Source: Bugula neritina
Lineage: Eukaryota; Animalia; Bryozoa
Assembly: GCA_964035545.1 (NCBI GenBank)
Contig: OZ037767.1
Location: 20,848,628 to 20,912,627 of the forward strand
Reading direction: 5' to 3'
DNA length: 64,000 bases
Shown: piece after piece, positions 1-13,100 of the stretch
Layout: each line of letters opens with the position of its first letter
How positions within the stretch are numbered: the stretch's first letter is position 1
Translations under genes and position numbers: made by a program
The notes under the pieces: model-generated
Seen by the model: only the letters and a program-made list of their open reading frames with translations
Databases searched by the model: none
Told to the model about the DNA's origin: nothing

Positions 1-287
1 ATGTGTTTGCATAGGCAGTGCTCTATACTGCTTGCAATAAAAACACAATCAATTCATTGTCGAGTTTAAGGACTCTATGCTTCTGCTATTTCTTCAAACT
101 ATGCATTCAATTGTTTCTATTGTTTTCTTCTATAAAGTCCAGTGATTCCAAACATTCGAAGCTCATGATTGGTGAATCAATTGATCAATGGAATATGTTT
201 TCGTTGTGCAGCAAATTAAACAATCACTCACTTGCGAATTTGAAACTTGCATGCAAATGCAGGTGACAGCATATAACACCTTCTTCT

Positions 288-431
288 AGGTGCTATGCTG
301 ACACTTATATGCATAGGTGCTATACTGACCCCTATATGCAGATGCTATGCTGACATCTATATGCAGATGCTATGCTGACACCTACATAAAGGTGCTATGC
401 TGACACCTGTATGCAGGTGTTATACTGACAC
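288..431. repeat. ~25-bp minisatellite, ~6 copies
   Basis: Unit AGGTGCTATGCTGACACCTATATGC. Confidence 0.85.
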
Positions 432-2444
432 TATACTGTCAACTGCACACAGCAGCGTGCATATATTAGTAAGAAGAGAGCATTATAAAACTGACCAAAA
501 TGTGCATACATTCTGTATTCATCAGTAAAATTTCCATAGACTGAATAAAAATTCATTATAACAGACTTTAATTTATAACCGGTGTATTATATTTACAACT
601 ATGAGCAACTATGCCCTATTTTTGCATTTATTTGTAGTTTATCAAATCACCATGATCATTCTGTATCACTAAAAGAGATAAAATATATATAAGAAATAGA
701 GCAATACTAAACTTGCAAAAGTTGGAGAAGCGCCAATTAGCAGACGCATCACGTTATGGCAGATGTATCACACTTGGCAGATATTATATATCAATTGCTG
801 TATTACTTGTAGGCTATAGTAAACATTAGGGGAAATGGTAATGTCAAAGTGAAGCAGGTAAATAAGTTATGGGGTTAAAGTGTGATGACTGAAAAGTGAC
901 CCAAGCATCTATTAAGTGTGTATGCATGTCCTATACTGATTGTACAATGTTTATTTTAAATTGTTACCCAATTAATCTTTTAATTTATATATATCAAATT
1001 CATCAAAATAATCATCATTTGATCTTTAAATTATAGATTAAAGTCTTTCAACTTATTCTCAATTATAATATTATATGAAGAATAAAATAAAACTTGCATA
1101 AATTTTAGTCACAAAGCGCTGTGAAAGATAAACGTGTTATAAAGTTATTATAAATCTTTTGCATAAATTGAACAAGATGCCTGGAAGAATGAAATGTGTC
1201 TACAATAAGTCTAAGTAGTGCCTACAAAACCTCCCATGGCAGGAGAAAAGTATTCCAGCACAATGAGAACATATCTCCAGATTTGCTCATCTAATATTCT
1301 TGCTTTCAAAGTGTCAGTATTGAAAACTCTTGTAGAATTACTTTGAGGTAGGTACTAAACTGATTTTGAAAGAGTACTTACATAATAATTATTATAGTAT
1401 AAGACACACAGACAGGATCTTAGTGATACATATTATTTGGTTTGCCTTATTGCATTATTACATTATGAAATATCCTTAAGCTATATTTAGTAAAGGAAAG
1501 CAACCCTTTGGGAATAGTAAGTAAAGTGTTGATTATAGTATATGGCAGTGTTAATGTGAATTTAGTCTTGAATTAAGAGAAAATCAAACTGTAATTACAG
1601 TTATTAGTTGATAGTATATAATGCATATACATCTCACTACAGTATACTTTATTATTATATATCTTATTATAAATCATATTATATCGTGCCAAATCTTATT
1701 ATATTATAATATAACATACTGCACTTTATATCTCATTGTGTTATATTATTTTATGTTATGTTAATTATTATAGAATAACAATCAGAACCTAAATCTCTAA
1801 AAGTTGTTCTCACGGAATATACTGCAAGTTTGAGTAACCTGAGCCGAACGCCCATCTAAATTTTATGGTAGAGTTTATTGTAGAGTAGTTTTTAACAGTT
1901 TAATTATCTTTTAAAGCTCAAGGTATAATAACCTGTATTATTACTCTAGCATGTGATAAAATTACTTTAAGAAGCCACCATGGTAAGTAAAAGCAATACT
2001 AATTCTAGAAAACATGTTATATTATACTATTATCAATACGTTTTCTGTTGTAAAACAATATTATATGGTTTATTCTTTTATAAAGAAATTAGAATATAGG
2101 GCAAGTGCTATGACTACAGAGGAGATAACTCTTATAAAACTTGAATTACTTAATTAAACCAAACATTAAATTTGTAAGACATTTTCAATTACCAACTTAT
2201 AAAGATCTGTGAAAATGTAAAATTTAGTTTCGTGGCTGTATAGTAAAAATTTCTAGAATGCCTACAAATGAAAAGTTGAGGTATATCGGCAAATTAGAGG
2301 TTTTTTACAGCAATTAATATGTAGATTCTTTTATATACTAGTGCATATTATATTAATCATTTTCTTCCAATACTCAAAATTTAATCCAAAATTACAATAT
2401 AATTGGCGAAAATTGTTAATGCTAGTAGCTGTTTGAAGCTTTGC

Positions 2445-2625
2445 CTTATTCTTGGTGTATTATACTTTATTATTGGTATATCATACTTTATTGGTATATT
2501 ATACTTTATTCTTGGTATATTACACCTTATTTTTGGTATATTATTCCTTATTAATGGTATATTAAACCTTATTCTTGGTAATTTATACCTTATTCTTGGT
2601 ATATGATACTTTATTCTTGGTGTTA
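2445..2625. repeat. 21-bp minisatellite, ~8 copies
   Basis: Unit TATTCTTGGTATATTATACTT. Confidence 0.85.
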
Positions 2626-2831
2626 CTTACATCTTATGTAAGGTTTTGTAAATTTGGTGCTACCAGATGAAAATACAAGTTAAACAAAAAAGTTACTGAC
2701 TGCTTTTTTAGTTGTTATCGAACTGCTTATTTTAATTTATTTTAGAATGATTCGAGTACATACTTTTTATCTACTGTTTGGGAACACACTGCTCTTCATA
2801 GCATATATAGTATACATTATATATAATATCC

Positions 2832-2949
<118 letters not shown>

Positions 2950-3058
2950 ATAGCTGTAGTGTGAGTTTGAAAATGGCAGATAAAAGAGTGCTCACATTAT
3001 TATAGGTATAATAATGACCAATTATATTATTAAGGAAAATAGCAATTTAATTAGATGA

Positions 3059-3445
3059 GAGTCATTTTACTTCATTTAGTAAACATCAGCAAATTATGAC
3101 CTAACATTAAAGTTTGCTCAAAATTCATTGAAATTTACTATACGTGGTATTTTTGTGTGCTGATTCTCATTATGCATAAAAGAAAAGGCTGGAAGGGGAT
3201 TCCCCAACATTGAAGCACTCGTAGTTGTCATATGCACTGTGAAGGTCCACAAATCCAAACTAGCTAAACAATTAGAAAGAAACATAGCAAATTAAGCAAA
3301 ATTAAAAATAACCTTGATTATTTAGTTGTATTTATGGATATGCTATTAGTTTTGAGCAAAAACCCATATGCATTAGCAGCTAAATTGGGAAAAATAGCTA
3401 AAAGCTGGAGATTTCGAGTGTGTACTAAATTAAGTAAAATGACCC
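3059..3445. mobile_element. Degenerate TIR element (MITE-like)
   Basis: GAGTCATTTTACTTCATTTAGTAAAC at the left end is the near reverse complement of GTGTACTAAATTAAGTAAAATGACCC at the right end. A solo end of the same family lies at 19957-19999. No clear TSD. Confidence 0.6.
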
Positions 3446-4131
3446 ATGTTATTTTCACACTGCTGTAGCTCAAGTAAAACTACTATGAGATGAAATTTTT
3501 TAAAACAGTCTTTTTTATTGTTACATAAAAAATAGATAATATTTAATACATAAACATAAAAAATCGCTGAAAAAGTATAAATTAAAAACAGAAGAATAAC
3601 ATAAATCATGATTAAATAGTTGCATATAAAAATAAATTGTGTTTGTTAACAATTAACATGATTGTAAGTCACTCATAATGCACAACTGGCAGCTCATGTG
3701 AGTATAACTGGAAGTTATCAGTACTGTTGGTAGACTAACATTAGTATAACTATAACTATCAGTATTGTTGGTAGACTAATGTGACTGAAACTACACTGCA
3801 AGGGGCTCCTATAAACAATATTTGACATTTCTCGCAAATTATGAATTATAAAAATACTATTATATTGTAGCTACGATTACTAAGTTCATATCTGCCACTG
3901 CACTTTTCTAAACTAATAATAATATACTTCATGATAATTATACAGTACTACAGCTAGCAATTACTATTCTATTTATTCATAGTATGTTGTACTAGCCTTG
4001 AGCAATATTAGCAGAAAACTGTCCCTAATTTCAACTAGAGCAGTTAATAAAATATACCACACACTAATCTCGCATAACTAAATAACTTGTATTTTCATTT
4101 CAGAGTTGTCCTTTCATTAAAAACATTGTGC

Positions 4132-7100
4132 CTAGCTTAGGGTTGTCTCCACATTGACAACTTGAAATGATTCACCATTGTTAGCTTGAGATGCCGCTTT
4201 GTTTGGCTTTACAGGAGGGGGCGGTGGAGGCAGCTGCCCAGCCATTCTATAGTGAGGTTTTCCTTTAACAGCTGGTTTCACAGGAGGCGTGGAAGGAGGT
4301 GAATTGTTATTTATTTTTGCGGCAGGTTTTGCAGCAGTTGGGGGAGGCTTCGAACGCTCCTTATCCAACTTTTCTTTCTTTTTCCAATCGCTAGGTTTGA
4401 CTAGAGCTGGCTCATCTATTGCATCGTTGCTCTTGTTTATGGAAGGCAGAGAACTGTCGTGCCGAACACCGAGGTGCGGAGAGTCTCTTTCTGCTAGAAG
4501 AGGTTGTTGGCTGTCTGATGACTCATTGGACAACTTCTTAGCCAACACATCTGCTTTCTCTTTAGACTTCTACAAAATAGTAAACTTAGATAAAGTTACT
4601 GCACTAAGCAAAGCAGAGCTTTTATGGGCCGAGTCACAAAATAGATTGAAAAAATTATCGATATTCTGATAAGAGTATAACTAGGTTTATATATAATACA
4701 ATTTTAGCTTCAGCAACTTTACAATACACTAATGAGTTAACAAATGGCAATCAACTGCTAGCAACTGACAAATAGCAATTGGCATACAGTCATCACAACT
4801 AGCAACTATACCTTGGGCTGGGGGACGGGAGGTTTAGGTTGCGTCATCACAAGTTTTCTGAATGGCCCTGATTCACATCCATTCCTACAATGACAGTCAG
4901 CGTCACATGATTGCTGCCTACACAGCCTTAATCAGATCCTTATGCTACAAGCTAGTAGTGTGATAGTTTTTCAAAGGATTTCTGGACCACTAATAGACTG
5001 CTGATAAACTCTTAGAATAAAATGCAGATTGTACAGACTACTGTTACTCTATGTGAGGGAAAAAGACCTGCAGTTTATTACACTGACAATGGTATACATT
5101 ACAGTGACTGTTGGTAACCACAACTGATAAAATCTACTGCAGATAACACTTTATCAACAATATAGGCTTTCAAATCCTTGTAAATCTTGTACATTACCAT
5201 TTGTTTAGCTCTTAATGTGAGACTGCAAACTCACTGATTATAAATTGAGGTCTTTGAAGACTAAATTTTAAGATAGATTTAGTTTAACAAATATGTTGAC
5301 AAAACACTGTGTAAATATAGGATACACGTACAGTAACCTGTGTAGATACAAGATACACTTACAGTAACATGTGTAGATACAAGATACACGTACAGTAACA
5401 TGTGTAGATACAAGATACACGTACAATATAATGTCTACTCACATTTTATCAGAAAGTTGACTATCGGGGGCGGATCCCGGGATGATGTAACCATGGTACT
5501 CCACTTCCTCTGTGCTGCCGTTGAGTCTGGCAGCTGATCCGTTCATTTCCTGCAGAATTTACCATACGTGTAGATAGAGAAGACAACTCTAGTTTTACTG
5601 TTCAACACTTTTAGTAGATGGGATCAACATTTGGATGCATATGAATTAGAGACTGAGTGGGTACTATTATCACTGTTGGTACTATTAGTACTGTAGGTAC
5701 TATTTCCACTGTGGGTACTATTAGCACTGTGGGTACTATTGATACTGATAGTACTGAATATACTGACTGACTACCTCTTACCTGATCTTGAATACACTAT
5801 AGAAATCCTAATAATAATGTATGAACTGCTATTTATAAACTAAACTAAATAATAATAACAACTGATATGGTCAAATAACTATCACTCGTCACTAAGTACC
5901 AACTGACTGATGGACTAACTACTACTAACACAACTCACCGAATTTTCATAGAAAGCTTTGGCTTCTGGGCCCATAGCCTGTGGATTCTCATAGATAGGCG
6001 TGACAGCCCCCGCTTTGGGATGCAGATACTCGTCTCTTACCTCCACCTTTATACTGCCGGGAAGAGGGATACTGGGTTGACCTTGACATGGATCTCTGTA
6101 TATAGGTCGTCCTTCACTTGATCGCCTTGCGTCATCAACGTTAGGGGTAGACATTCGTTTTGCTCTTCTACAAGAATGTTAATAAGAACTGCACTAGAAT
6201 GAAATGATTTTAAATTATGAGTAAAATTACTCTTGATTGAAACCAAGCAATAGTGAAATTTCATCGATTACATATTTTAATAACTATACTGATGAACATT
6301 AAGCATATCGAAATTAGTAGAAATTCGAATGTACAGAGAAAAGATAACTCCCGTGGAAAGTTTTAAGGAGAAAATTACAAAAACGCCGCAGTCGTACAGC
6401 AATGCTATTATTGTAAAATACAAGTGTGAATGCTTTTGCAAGTTTTTAGTTTTAATTTAAAATTCTATTAAAATTAAAATGACTGTAATTTATAATACTA
6501 TATAATACTTGTGTTGAAAAATAAAATTTTTAGCCTTTCAAATCAATCGTTTCCAACAAATTCATTTTGACTTTCAATAATAATTGTGTTTTAAATAGTA
6601 AGCAACTGGCAGCCAGCAACTGACAACCAGCAACTGGCAATCACCAACTACAACCAGCAACTAGCTGATTGGTAGACATATCAGTATAATTAGTCATCAA
6701 TTCCTAGAAGGATGGTTCATCCATGGCCGATATTTGACACACCATGTTTAGCACTGATAACTAGAATAATGATTTTAAAATATATTATTAAACATTATAT
6801 CATCTTGTTTACTGCTCACTAAATGACTAATCAATTTCAATGGTCTCAAAATAAATATTTTAAATATCATCAAAACTAGAGAATTTTGTACTTGTGCCAA
6901 GAAACTGTCTGTTGGACAGTAGCCAAAGCAACAGCAGGTTCTGGCAAGTTATGAGATAGTAGTGAAGGGTATGAAAGCTAAAACAAGAAAACTTGATATC
7001 CAAATAAATACTTTTATCCTAAATACAGTAATTTTAGGCAACTATTCAATGAAATTCTTCCACTTACTTCTTTTTTCGGATCAAAATGAACACTCCAATA

Positions 7101-10100
7101 GCTAAGCCAATAGCAAACAACACCACAATGCTACCAATGGTTGCACCTGCAACATATAGTGTTTTTAGATGAAAATATGTTTGGTGTACTACTGCACTAT
7201 ATAATTATAGAGTATAGTATATAGATATTATATTAGAGAGTATACTATATATAGATATTATATTAGAGAGTATACTATATAGATAGTATATTAGAGAGTA
7301 TAGTATATAGATACTATATTAGAGAGTATACTATATAGATATTATATTAGAGAGTATACCATATAGATAGTATATTAGAGAGTATACTATATAGATACTA
7401 TATTAGAGAGTATACTATATAGATAGTATATTAGAAAGTATACTATATAGATATTATATTAGAGAGTATACTATATAGATAGTATATTAGAGAGTATACT
7501 ATATAGATACTATATTAGAGAGTATACTATATAGATAGTATATTAGAGAGTATACTATATAGATATTATATTAGAGAGTATACTATATAGATATTATATT
7601 AGAGAGTATACCATATAGATAGTATATTAGAGAGTATACTATATAGATAGTATATTAGAGAGTATACTATATAGATAGTATATTAGAGAGTATACTATAT
7701 AGATATTATATTAGAGAGTATACTATATAGATAGTATATTAGAGAGTATACTATATAGATATTATATTAGAGAGTATACTATATAGATATATTAGAGAGT
7801 ATACTATATAGATATTATATTATAGAGTATACTATATAGATAGTATATTAGAGAGTATACTATATAGACATTATATTAGACAGTATACTATATAGATAGT
7901 ATATTAGAGAGTATAGTATATAGATAGTATATTAGAGAGTAGGCCTATACTATATAGAGCCAGAAATGCAGGGGATATCTCCCTACTGTTGGTTGCACTA
8001 TTAAACGTAATGAAGTTGTCCCCCAGAGGCTCATAAAGTGTGAATATAATATCAAAAATACTACTTCACTACTTTTACCATTTGCCTCTTTCAATCAGAT
8101 GCCAGTTTCAGGTAAATTGTTTACTTTTTTTGAAAACTGTACATGTTTAAAGCCGGGGGAAATAAATACAACGTAAAATTCACAAAATCTGTGTAAAGGC
8201 TAAATTAAGTTGAGTGTAATAGAATATTTCATAGAGTATACACAGACTTGGAAAGAATACAGTCAGCTTTGATAATTATATGAATAATAGAATCTGCAGT
8301 AATTTTATTCACTTTCTTTGTTTGAGTTCAGATCCAATAAATGTTGCGATTATATATAATAAATATATTCTGATGAATGTAATGTAAAATAACCCCCCAG
8401 AACAGCTATTATGCTGTACACTGAAAAACAGCCCCTTACGTAATGTAATGTTATACCAAATGTTTGCAGTAAGAAGATACTTGCTATGATTCTGTTCAGC
8501 TAACAAATTGTTTGGAAATGGTTGGGAAATGATTTCAGCGTCTTAATACTATTTAGAAAGATAACTCCTGTATGTTAAGTCTTCCTGACAATTGCTTTCT
8601 GGTTATTACATGGTGTTTCCCAGACTAATTCACTATGCAGTCTTGGACTAACATACTATGTCTTGTACTCTATTATGCTGTAGTGTAATGTAATATATTA
8701 AGAATAATATAATAATTATATTATATTATCACACACTGTAACATGATGTAATACATTATAATATAATATTATATTATATATATGACCAATATACCTGTGA
8801 TAATGATCAATCTCTTTGTCTGGGCTTTATTCTTGTCAAATCTATGGGTTTCATAAGTTTTAGCAGTTGTAGTGGTGGAGGGTGTAGTTGATGTGGTGGT
8901 AGTTGGTAAATCTCCACTTACTCCCTGACACTCCACTTTCATACCTGAAATAACACGAACATATAAAAACCTTTGTAGAAACAGTTATACCACTGGCCCA
9001 GTAAGAGCACTGACCCAGTAAGAGCACCGGCCCAGTAAGGGCACTGGCCCAGTAAGGGCACTGGCCCAGTAAGGGCACTGGCCCAGTAAGGGCACTGGCC
9101 CAGTAAGAGCACTGACCCAGTAAGTGCACCGGCCCAGTAAGAGCGCTAGCCCTTGCGGACAGCGTGTTGGAAGGCACAGTCTAGAGACTGGTCAGAACTC
9201 TCACCATCAGGGGTTCTCACAGGGGTGGATACTTTAAATAGAGGTGGATACTTTAAATACGGGTGGATACTTTAAATACGGGTGGATACTTTAAACAGGG
9301 GTGAATTTATAGTCCTTGTAAAACAGTGAGCAGTAGTGGTGTACAAAGGCATGCTATACAGATAGCTGAATAAGGACCCTTAGTGGTGTCACAGAGTGCC
9401 CCTTGTGCTACTTTGAAGGCCAAGATACAGCGTGGTGAAAGGCACAGACTATTTCCTGATTAAAAAGTTAAGTTCTCCCATAGGACTGCCAATGAATTAC
9501 TTACTAGTCTACACTTGACTGCCATGTCAACCCTAAAGCTTTCCAACACTTCTATATAACATGACAACACAGTACTTATATCACTGATATATTATTATGA
9601 TAGAAATGCTAATTTTAATGGCCAATTAATTTAGCTGGTGACATAAAAAGCTGAACATAATACACACAGCGTGTGTATATTGAAGGCATTGCATCTCTAA
9701 TATATTGATGTTATTAAATCGATCACCATTCTATCCCCAGGGCCACTAGACAGCCTTTAATATGCTCTACAAATGCTAGACTAGTGAGCTACTAGTAGTA
9801 GTATATAAGTAGTAATCATAGTGAGTGAGGAACACCAACAACTGTTTCAAGTATCAAGTCATCTCTAAGTCATCTCTAAGTCATCTCCAAGTCATCTCCA
9901 AGTCATCTCTAAGTCACCTCTAAGTCAGCTAGGTTGGTGCACCATGTACTAAGGGCATGCTGCAGTCATAACTTCTGCTACATTACTTATAGTCAACACA
10001 ATACAAGATACTAACACTTGGAGAATAATTACTAATACGTGAACAGAGCTTCAATGACAATTTGAGTTGGATGATTTGTAAAACTCTGGATGTACCAATT

Positions 10101-13100
10101 GACTTACAACTATATCTAGGAGCTAGATAGGATGCAGGGTATAAATGTAGGGCATAGGGTAGGGTGTAGACTGTAGGGCATGGAATACAGCTTAGACTTT
10201 AGAGGGTAGATGTAGGGTATATGGTAGGGGGGGGGGGGGCCAGATGTAGGGTAGAGGGCAGATGGAGGGTAGGGGGCAGATGTAGGGTAGGGGGCAGATG
10301 CAGGGTAGGAGGCAGATGCAGGGTAGGAGGCAGATGTAGGGTAGGGGCAAAAGGTACAAGGAATGAAATATTTCTGTTGCTATTGGTCAATAAGAAATGT
10401 GCATCACAACAATCACTTGTTTATATGAAATAGTGCCAGTTGGTGCTTAAAATTTTGCAACATTGTTGTTTCATAGTGTTTACATGTCAACAACACTTCC
10501 TATGATATAATGGCAGTATTCATGTAACTACTTCGAATACAATAATTAAGGTACTCCTATTATAAATGCTCATACAAATTGAATGGAATTATTCCGTGAA
10601 ATTCCTGTAATGTATTCAGTTTAAAGTAAACTGGTTGACTTTCAACACGATTATCATGTTTGTGCTGAGGTTTCATAAGCTCCTATTTCCTGTGCCATAA
10701 CCATAGAGGTGGCTGTATATTATTAGTATTAATTTGCATTCATCAGATTTACTTGTAAAATAAAAGTTCATACTAGCTAAAAATAGATTAGAATCATCTA
10801 TTAAAAAGTTTCATATACTATTTAACTAGAATAACTTTGAGAAGAAGTCGTGAGCAACTGTAACCAATACAGTAAAATATGGGTGTAGTTGATATTTCAA
10901 CAATTTGACACCACACAGCTGTTGAGTTATTCACAGAATAGTATCTCTAAACTTACAGTTAGCTGATTATAACTAGATGTTTGTTTAAGAAAATACATCT
11001 TTTATTCATTTTACTACAACCATTCAAATTGAATAAGCTAGAACAAGTCCATTGAATCAATATTATACAATTAATATACACTGAAACTTAGCCCTGCTCT
11101 GCTAAGTCATGTTAGTTTGCAGTAGCAATGAGTCACCCAGCTTATGATTATTATATGCATGATGACAAAGGCATGACTAGCAGTGCACCACAGATACATG
11201 ATACCAGTGTATTATACTCATATGAGTAATAGGAGGTTGCTCTAACCGTTAGTGTCTCAAAGTGTTATCTACGGCATAGAGAAGTCAGAGCTCAATGTTG
11301 GTGATGGGGGTCAGCGGCCTCTGTTTGGAACACTTGGGAGACAATGTTATGAGCTGAATCATGCCATGCATTCTTCATTAAGTTCATTGTCACAGCAGTA
11401 ATAACTACAAGCTGCTATCTATCTCTTACTCATAGATTTGCTGCTGATATACACTGCTCATACAGACTTACTGCAGATATACACTGCTCATACAGACTTA
11501 CTGCAGATATACACTGCTCACAGATTTGCTGCTGATATACACTGCTCATACAGACTTACTGCAGATATACACTGCTCATACAGACTTACTGCAGATATAC
11601 ACTGCTCACAGATTTGCTGCTGATATACACTGCTCATACAGACTTACTGCAGATATACACTGCTCACAGATTTGCTGCATATATAAACTGCTCATACAGA
11701 CTTGCTGCAGATATACACTGCTCACAGATTTGCTGCATATATAAACTGCTCATACAGACTTGCTGCAGATAAACACTGCTCACAGATTTGCTGCATATAT
11801 ACACTGCCACCAGATCTGCTGTGATTTAACCAGTGTTGAGCAGCACTATAAACATGTAATTCATCAACACAAGAAAGTCAGTTCCCAAAATATACACCAC
11901 TTATCTATAAACTAAGAACTCTGATATAAGTTGCTATTCCATTTGGCAAAGTGTTATACAACACCAGGGTGAGTATTGCCACTTCCTATACAGACAGGAA
12001 GTAGATAAACTGATTGGTCGCTGTTACAACTGATGAGTCATAAACTACAACAATAGCGCTTTTATGCTACCAGCAAGTGCTAACAGGTTAGTGCAGGCTG
12101 CTAATAACACCCTCTTGTCAAGTATAAATGAAACAACTAAACAACTCATTATTTTGTGTTAGTAAATATGACACTCATGTAAGGTGCTTGCTCTGACAGT
12201 AAGCCTATAGTGGTAGTGAGTCAACTATGATGCATATATGTGAATCAAATGACCCAGTGCAAACACTAAATTACATTTCTAATAACATTGGCAAGACATA
12301 CAGTGCTAAACTCTGTGTGACTGTTGCTGCTGGAAACTAAGTGTTGTGTCACAGTGTAATAAATGTATTGTTTCCTCTTCGACTCAAGTCAAGTGCTCAG
12401 CTACTGTAGATAGCAACGAAGAATCACAAATTATTTGTTTGGTCCAAATTTCAAAACAGTCATCAACAAATGGTGAAACTGGCCTTATGCAAACATAAAC
12501 ACTTTCACTTTCTCAAGACATACTGGAGGTCAAACAGCTCCAGGAAATAACACAACTTCAAACCCCAAACAGATAAAATTTTTATAATTTCACATGGACC
12601 AAGAAAATTGCACAGGGTTTCAGTTTTGTGTGACATTACTTGAAAAGTGGTTAAAGTCCGGGAGTTGTTGGGGGCTGCAAAAAGGGAACACAAAATGGTC
12701 GGAGGACCAAACTAACAACTAACAGTCGTCTATATAACATATAGCAGAAACTTCCCTTGCTAAGGGTTAAGGCTCTCACAAAGAAGGTTGTCTACTGATA
12801 ATTAAACAAGAAAAAACCAGACAATATTTACAGGATGATCAATTTACAATCTGAATCATCCCAGAACCTGTGGTTTCTAGTTGCTTTAGAGTTTAGAGTT
12901 TAGACAACTCGCCATAAATGACAGGGCAAAGTCTTACCCGCTAGAGACTTGAGCATGAGGTTTACTCCCCGCCCATCTATTGCCTCGTCCGTCCTGAGCT
13001 CTAACCGCACGAACTCCAAGCTGAAGAGTGTGTTGTCAGTTCCATACAACTTCCCATTATCATCTGACAACTCCAAGTTGTCAACTTTTGATAACGGTAG

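Noticed and set aside
18-266. 82-aa ORF bounded by possible splice sites at the window start, and a similar exon-like segment at 1177-1348
   Set aside because: No recognisable domain, and the second segment has stops in all three frames. It could be a UTR or lncRNA exon but I cannot support that.
4289-4669. 126-aa + strand ORF, and other antisense ORFs over exons (18613-18877, 33077-33382, 58084-58390)
   Set aside because: Shadow ORFs opposite GC-richer true exons.
12495-12770. Possible piggyBac-like MITE ending in AAGGGTTAA
   Set aside because: The left terminus is too degenerate to establish a TIR or TSD.
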